DNA of 64,000 bases from Cyanophora paradoxa CCMP329 (lineage: Eukaryota > Plantae > Glaucophyta): NCBI GenBank assembly GCA_004431415.1, contig QPMI01000167.1:161222-225221 (forward strand), given 5' to 3'. Below the pieces are notes generated by a model that made no database searches, was not told the origin of the DNA, and saw only the letters and a program-made list of their open reading frames with translations. Below, one piece after another: positions 58,629 to 64,000 of the stretch. Each line of letters starts with the position of its first letter. Positions within the stretch are counted from its first letter, which is position 1. The position numbers and the translations under genes are program-made.

Positions 58629-61460
58629 TCACAAATCCTTCGAGGCGTCTACGGCGTGAGCGTTGCGCACGCGGGGCGACACCGCTCGCGGGGAGGGTGC
58701 CCGTGGAGAGAGCTGCGGATGGCCGCTGGAGGGAGGCCTGGGACTAAGCCGCGGGGAGAGTGGGGCGAGGATGAGGCCAAGGCTCAAGCCGTCAGGGGCA
58801 CCGGCGTGCGCACTGGAGGGTGATCGCGGGGGCGAGATGGAAGGAGGGGAGCAGCAGATGTTGGGCGAGACCGAGGCCCGGCGGATCACCCGTGGGCTCG
58901 GGAAAGCGGGAAGGCGGGAAGGCGTAATGAGGCCTGCCGGATGCGGCGAGGCGCTGTCGGTAACAGAGACCAGGGGGAGGCTCGGCACCGTTGGAGCGGA
59001 GTAGCGCCGACTAGTACCACGAGAGGGGGACACGGCGCTCCGGGTGGGGGGGAGGGGCAGGAGGTGTGGCGCCGGCTCCGAGACCACTATGGAGGCAGGC
59101 GCAGAAAGTGCTGGTGCGATCTGAGCGACGATCAAGGGGGTCGAAGCGCACGGCAGTGGCAGCGGTGGTGGTAGCGGCTGACCATGGCTGCGAGCTCCGA
59201 GCGGACGGCACTGACCTCGGTCACGGGGCCGGGCACGGAGCTCCCGCGAAGAAGCGCGGACGGCGGCGCAAGGGACTCCTCTGCCTCAGCGCCGGAGAAG
59301 GGGCTCACGATGCGGGGCCGGAGGGCTTGCCGCTGTGCGCCACCCCGCCCCGGCGCGTCGAGGCTGCTGCTGGGGGCGGGGGACAGGGCAGGGCGCGGGG
59401 AGGGGCGCGGAGACGGAGTCGGGCGCGGCGGGCTGGCGCCCCTGGAAGTCGCGACCGACGCGCGGCGCTCCGGAGTCGGGGTTGGCTTGGCAGGACCCAC
59501 GAGGGGACGGTCCCCGACCCTGACTTCCGGGTTTCCTGACTTCCATCGACTCCAGTTCCCCATCAGGCTGAAACAAAAAACATTACAAATAACGGGAAAT
59601 GTGGAAAATTAAACCAAATATTATGTTGTGCTAAAATAATTTTATACCTCTGATAGGCCTTCTGATCGATGTCGGGCGCTGTAAACCGGCGCGCGTGCCG
59701 GGGGGGCTCCTGCCGCCCCGGCACATCGAAACGTGAGTTGTGTGTGCACACAGTTGGCGGGCACTAGAGGGTGAACCGGGAAAGGCGCTTCTTCATCCCT
59801 CTTGAAGACTTCTCCAACCCGTATCTCTGGAGGACGCAAGCGTGGGCGCGTGGGCCGGGTGGTGGAGGAGGGGAGGAGAAGGGGGGAGGGGAGAGGGGGG
59901 GGGGGAATGGGGGGGAAGGGGGGGGGAAGGTGGGAGGGGGAGGGGCTGGATGAAAGAGAGAGGATTACCCTCGAGCTTCTTTAGGCGGCGCTGTCCCGAG
60001 TCATCCCGTGCCGTCATGACGTCGAGGAGACGCGTCAACCTGCACCACAAACATGGGAGGGAGGGGGCGGAGCGAGAGGAGCTGCACATACATCCCGTCG
60101 TATTCTGCGCAGGAGAGATGTTCAGCCCGAGGTGCGGCACAACGCGAGTAGGTTGCCACGATTTTCGCACCCTCCAGGTCGACGCCTTCGGTCCAGAGGT
60201 CCACGAGCTGGAAAAGGGCGAGGCGGAATTCCTCGAGGCCTGATCGGGGTACGCTTATGCACAGGCGCAGCATCGACCAAGCAGGGCCCACCGAGGGTCG
60301 TCCGTCCGCGCCTGTCGAACTCTATGGAGGTCCTTGAGTTTGATTGCGACACGGAAATATTCAATGCTCGCACCCCAATCCTCTTGTGCACACTCCAGAG
60401 CTCGCTTCGGATCCCTGGGCGGTGGTTGCGTCAGCATCAGCGCATCTGTGTCATGCTAAAGGCCAAGCTCTACCATTTTTTGTGGAGTGCCCTGTAGAAA
60501 AGCATACTTAGGGATATATACTCTTCTTTATTAATCTTACCATCGTGGTTTGCATCGCATGCCCTCCAGAACTCCGTTTGAAGGCTGCAGCGGAACAGAG
60601 TCAATTGCTGTTCACTATCAACAGCGGGGGGGATGGGGGTGGGGTGTGGGGGGGTGGGGGGGGGGTGGGTGGGGGGGGTGGATGGGGTGGGGGGGGGGGG
60701 GTGGGGTGGGGGGGGGGGGGTGGGGTGGGGGGGGCGAGTAGGGCCGGAGATACCTGATGATTCCGGGGTCGAACTTCAACTTCTCACGTCTCACAAGAGC
60801 GGCATCCGACAGGAGCTCGTTGCCATCACGCAGTTCTTCGAGAACCTCCTTTCCCACCGCGGCTTCCATGTCATCGAGAAGAGTAGGAACGCCAGCGTGA
60901 GAGAAATCCTGAAGGAAGACGTGAGAGAAGTGAGAAGGAAGCCAGCCAGTCAGGAGCCGGGCGGAGGGAAAGGCTCGCCTGAATTTTGAGTCGCCGCACG
61001 GATCTTTTGGGCAGCTGGAAATGACGTCCGCTCTGAATTGTGCGGATCATCGCTTACGCCCCGGTACTTCGTTGGACAGGGGGTAATTTTATCATAGTAA
61101 TCGTTCGGTGTTACCTTCGAAATGAACTGAACGTTTCCCTCAGGTGTAAAGTGGAACCTGTGGCGCGTGAACATGCTAAAGCACGGAATCGGCAAATGCT
61201 TCTCACCCTCCCTTGATGCTTTTCCCCGTCGGCCCAACGGGTCCGAGATCGTCTTCCTCTTCTTCCTGCTCGTCGTCTTCCTCGACTCCCGCCTCTTCCT
61301 CCGGGCTCTCAGATGGCCCGCGGGGCCGAGCCGGCCCCCTCGACGGGGCCGGGAGCGCTCCAGAATCGAATTTCGCATCTGACAGAAACGCGGACGGGCT
61401 GATCGCATGCTCCTCTGGTATAGACACTTCCAGAAGGTCGGCGCTGGTGACCTGGTCCAT
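58629..61460 (-). CDS. Hypothetical protein (acidic N-terminus, conserved-looking EDW...LFQLVDLWT segment, SPR-rich tail)
   Basis: MDQVTSADLLE...EEDDEQEEEEDD; LSDAALVRREKLKFDPGI; ECAQEDW; GLEEFRLALFQLVDLWTEGVDLE; repeated SPR motifs. Confidence 0.45.
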
Positions 61461-62301
61461 GCCCGCTCGACGGACGCCAAGGCCAAGCTGTTGCAAAACA
61501 GCGTAGCTAGGGTCTGTTGTGCTTCGGCCAAGAGAACTAGTGGTAACCTTAGCTAACTGCTCAACTTAGCTGGACTACGTCGTCAAAGCAGGTCTCAGCG
61601 TGGTGGCGCCACGACTTGGGCAAGTTCGCAAACTGGGAAAGGCGGATCACAGACTCGGCAACTCAGAGTCAGAACAAACACGGCCTGTGACACGCGTCTA
61701 CGAGCTGCCAGATGACCGGAACCAGCCAAGTCGTTTAGCAAGGTCGCTCCTGATTACACGTACCCCCAAGGAGGACAGCCTGGTCATAGCCAAATCCATG
61801 ATCACCGCCTAGGCCTACATAGCTAGCCTCGAATTCTAGATCTAACCTCGAGCTCCCCTCCAACTTCGAGGGTGGCGAATGTAGCACTCTGTACGCCCTT
61901 CCGATCCTCCCTCCCGCTAGGGCCTATAGGCCTCGAACCTAACGAATATTGAGGTGCACGGGGCCGGGCGGGGGGGGGGGGGGGGGGGGGGGGGGAGGGT
62001 GGGTGGGGGGGGGAAGGGGGGGTTTGCCATCAAAAATTTAAAGGCAACGCAGGGCCCGGTCAGCCAACTTGCTGGTGAGCTGGGCCCGCAGCAGCGCTAG
62101 TGGCGTCACAGTACATTCCCACACTCGTTGCCCAAGCTTGAGGTTTCAGATCGTGTCCAAATGTGGTGGTTTGCCGCCCAAACTTGCGGTTTCAGTTCGT
62201 TTCCAGATGCGGTGGCCCAGTGGTTTGCCGAACAGTTGCGGAATGAGCACCAGATGACGACTACAGTCTATTGTCTAGAACTGACGACTACAGTCTATTG
62301 T

Positions 62302-63277
62302 CTAGAAGGCACTGATATCCGAGAACGTGTAACCTCCTCCCAGGATCGATGACCTGTCCGCTGCTTGAAGCTGAGCAAGCTGATGACGAACGTATTCAAC
62401 TACTGCAGCAAGCTCGACCGCAGACCCCTTTGATTCGAAAACATGCCTGTGCAAAAATACATCCGTCAGCATGGAATTGTGGTTCTTTTGGAATAGGGCA
62501 GGAACCTCCAAAGAGCAGCCGCAAGCGCAGCGTCATCTTCAACGAGAGCTTCGTCCATTGCAAAGCTCATGGAGTAGAATGTCATCTGCGACTCCTTCAG
62601 GAACTTTGTCACATACAGGAGCTTGACCTTAGTTGCGGAGTCAGCGGCACAGGAAAGCGGCAGCCAGAATAATTGAAACCGACCCCTGGCTGTTCGTTGA
62701 TGAACTTCTCTACGTGCCGAAAAGCGATGTCGAAGATTTCCTGCATCATCTGCTTGCCCTCAGCGCCCTCCACTCGCAGCCGGACAAAGTACATCCACAG
62801 GTGAAGAGCCAGCAGGCGGTACTCCGACGCGGCATCGTGCCCCAGGCCTACGGCTGTGCATGCGGTCAATTGGAAGAGCGGCCACGCTCTTACTGCGGAC
62901 GCTGGTGAGAGCACCTTGCCAACGCGAGAGCGTCGACTGCGTGTTGATGCTCGCGTACGCAGCGCTCGAGCATCTCATCATCGTGGACGACGAGCTGCTG
63001 TATCCCAGTAGGGACAGGATCAACTTCTGGGTTCGCGTCTGCGGTGGTTCTGCCCCCGACTGAGCGCTCCGCGCGTGCGCGCAGGAAGGTGTCGCGCACT
63101 CGCGTCGACCAGCGCTCTCGCAAACTCAAGCTCGGTGGCGCTCAGGGCGAGCGTGGCGCGCGCCGGTTCCCCGGCGCGTGTCGACGCGTGCGCTGCAAAG
63201 TGGGCCGCCGGCGCGCGCCGCGCACCGCTCGCACTTTGTCCGGCGAGAGAGGCCACACGCAACGCCGCGCGTATCAT
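62302..63277 (-). CDS. UQCC1: Ubiquinol-cytochrome c reductase complex assembly factor CBP3/UQCC1, mitochondrial
   Basis: Presequence MIRAALRVASL..., then EYRLLALHLWMYFVRLRVEGAEGKQMMQEIFD, AMDEALVEDDAALAAALW, VVEYVRHQLAQL. Confidence 0.88.
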
Positions 63278-63408
63278 TGTGTTCAGGAAATGGGACGAGA
63301 AAGTTGTTTGGGACTAGCGCCCGTCGCTGTGGGCCACTGGGCTAGAGCAGACTTATCAGCTCTGCCGATCGCCAAGCGCTGAGAGCTAGCGCACTAAGCG
63401 CACTGGCG

Positions 63409-64000
63409 CTAAGCGCACTGAGCGCAGCTGAGGAAGGGTACAGTTGACGCGCCTTCGCTCTCCCAACGGCCGTGCGGTCGCGCGTGTCGTGTAGCCACAC
63501 CAAACCTGGATGGCGAAGCCGGAAGTTGTTCTCGGTGTGGTTCCGCGAGCCTGCTGGACCGCGCTCGTTGACGACAGGAAATTCCCGGGTCCGCAGTCGC
63601 TCCGGAAGCTGTTTCGCACCGCCAACGCCACTGTTCGGCAGATGGACCGTGTTTGAGCTTCGTCGTTTCCAGAGTCCTCTCGATCGGCATCATCGCAGGC
63701 TCGGTCCTTGTAAAAGTGCCGCAGATCTTGAAGATTGTGCGTGCACGCAGCGCAGAGGGCCTCAGCCTGTCTATGTTCTGTCTGGAACTCGTTACGTGCG
63801 TCACCTGTGCGTAGCAACGGTATGGTGTCTGACGGAGAGTGACAGCTATATGATCACTATTTGCTACTCCTACTCGAGAAATTTCCCACCAAGCACGTAT
63901 GGGGAGTACGTTTTCATGGTCATCCAAAGTGCACAAGCTTTTACTCTTACACCCAGAAACGCACCGGAACTAACTTCTGGCGCAGACGTAATTATTGTTG
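63409..64000 (-). CDS. Possible 3' part of a hypothetical gene entering from the right
   Basis: Long open frame (LDDHENVLPIRAWWEISRVG...). No family recognised. Confidence 0.25.

Noticed and set aside
58247-59667. 17-bp exact inverted match GATCAGAAGGCCTATCA (58247-58263 vs 59651-59667)
   Set aside because: Homology does not extend and there is no TSD. It cannot be distinguished from coincidence.
1-64000. tRNA/rRNA genes or an autonomous transposase/reverse transcriptase
   Set aside because: None was recognised by eye. A tRNAscan/Infernal/HMM run would be needed to exclude them fully.

Overview
Gene-dense, very GC-rich, intron-rich eukaryotic nuclear DNA. It is most consistent with a flagellated primary-plastid alga such as the glaucophyte Cyanophora. 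This is an inference from plastid transit peptides with an N-terminal Phe (MF-, MGSF-, MAAF-, MAAAF-), ~45-90 bp introns and a CEP164-type WW protein. About 25 protein genes are present, mostly in head-to-head pairs. The recognisable ones encode an M20D amidohydrolase, frataxin, RUS/DUF647, a TPR protein, a BT1 folate transporter, PSMA5, a calmodulin-like protein, prefoldin 1, Maf, EamA, DUF1995/LPA3-like, an RNA exonuclease, a beta-oxidation MFP plus thiolase, a PsbQ-like lumen protein, an Eps15-like protein and CBP3/UQCC1. A gene-free island at ~31.7-37.6 kb holds three CACAG-ended MITEs with 3-bp TSDs, a hAT MITE with an 8-bp TSD, a poly(A) retro-insert with a 10-bp TSD, a repeat-spacer minisatellite and palindrome-saturated DNA. 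The main leads are: (1) an apparent single-polypeptide MFP-thiolase fusion; (2) repeat copies that diverge by gaining short palindromic insertions; (3) runs of GC-AG introns in ultra-GC gene bodies; (4) a deletion-collapsed duplicate of the PsbQ-like locus. Gene boundaries were hand-spliced and are approximate, and long G/C homopolymers may contain sequencing errors.
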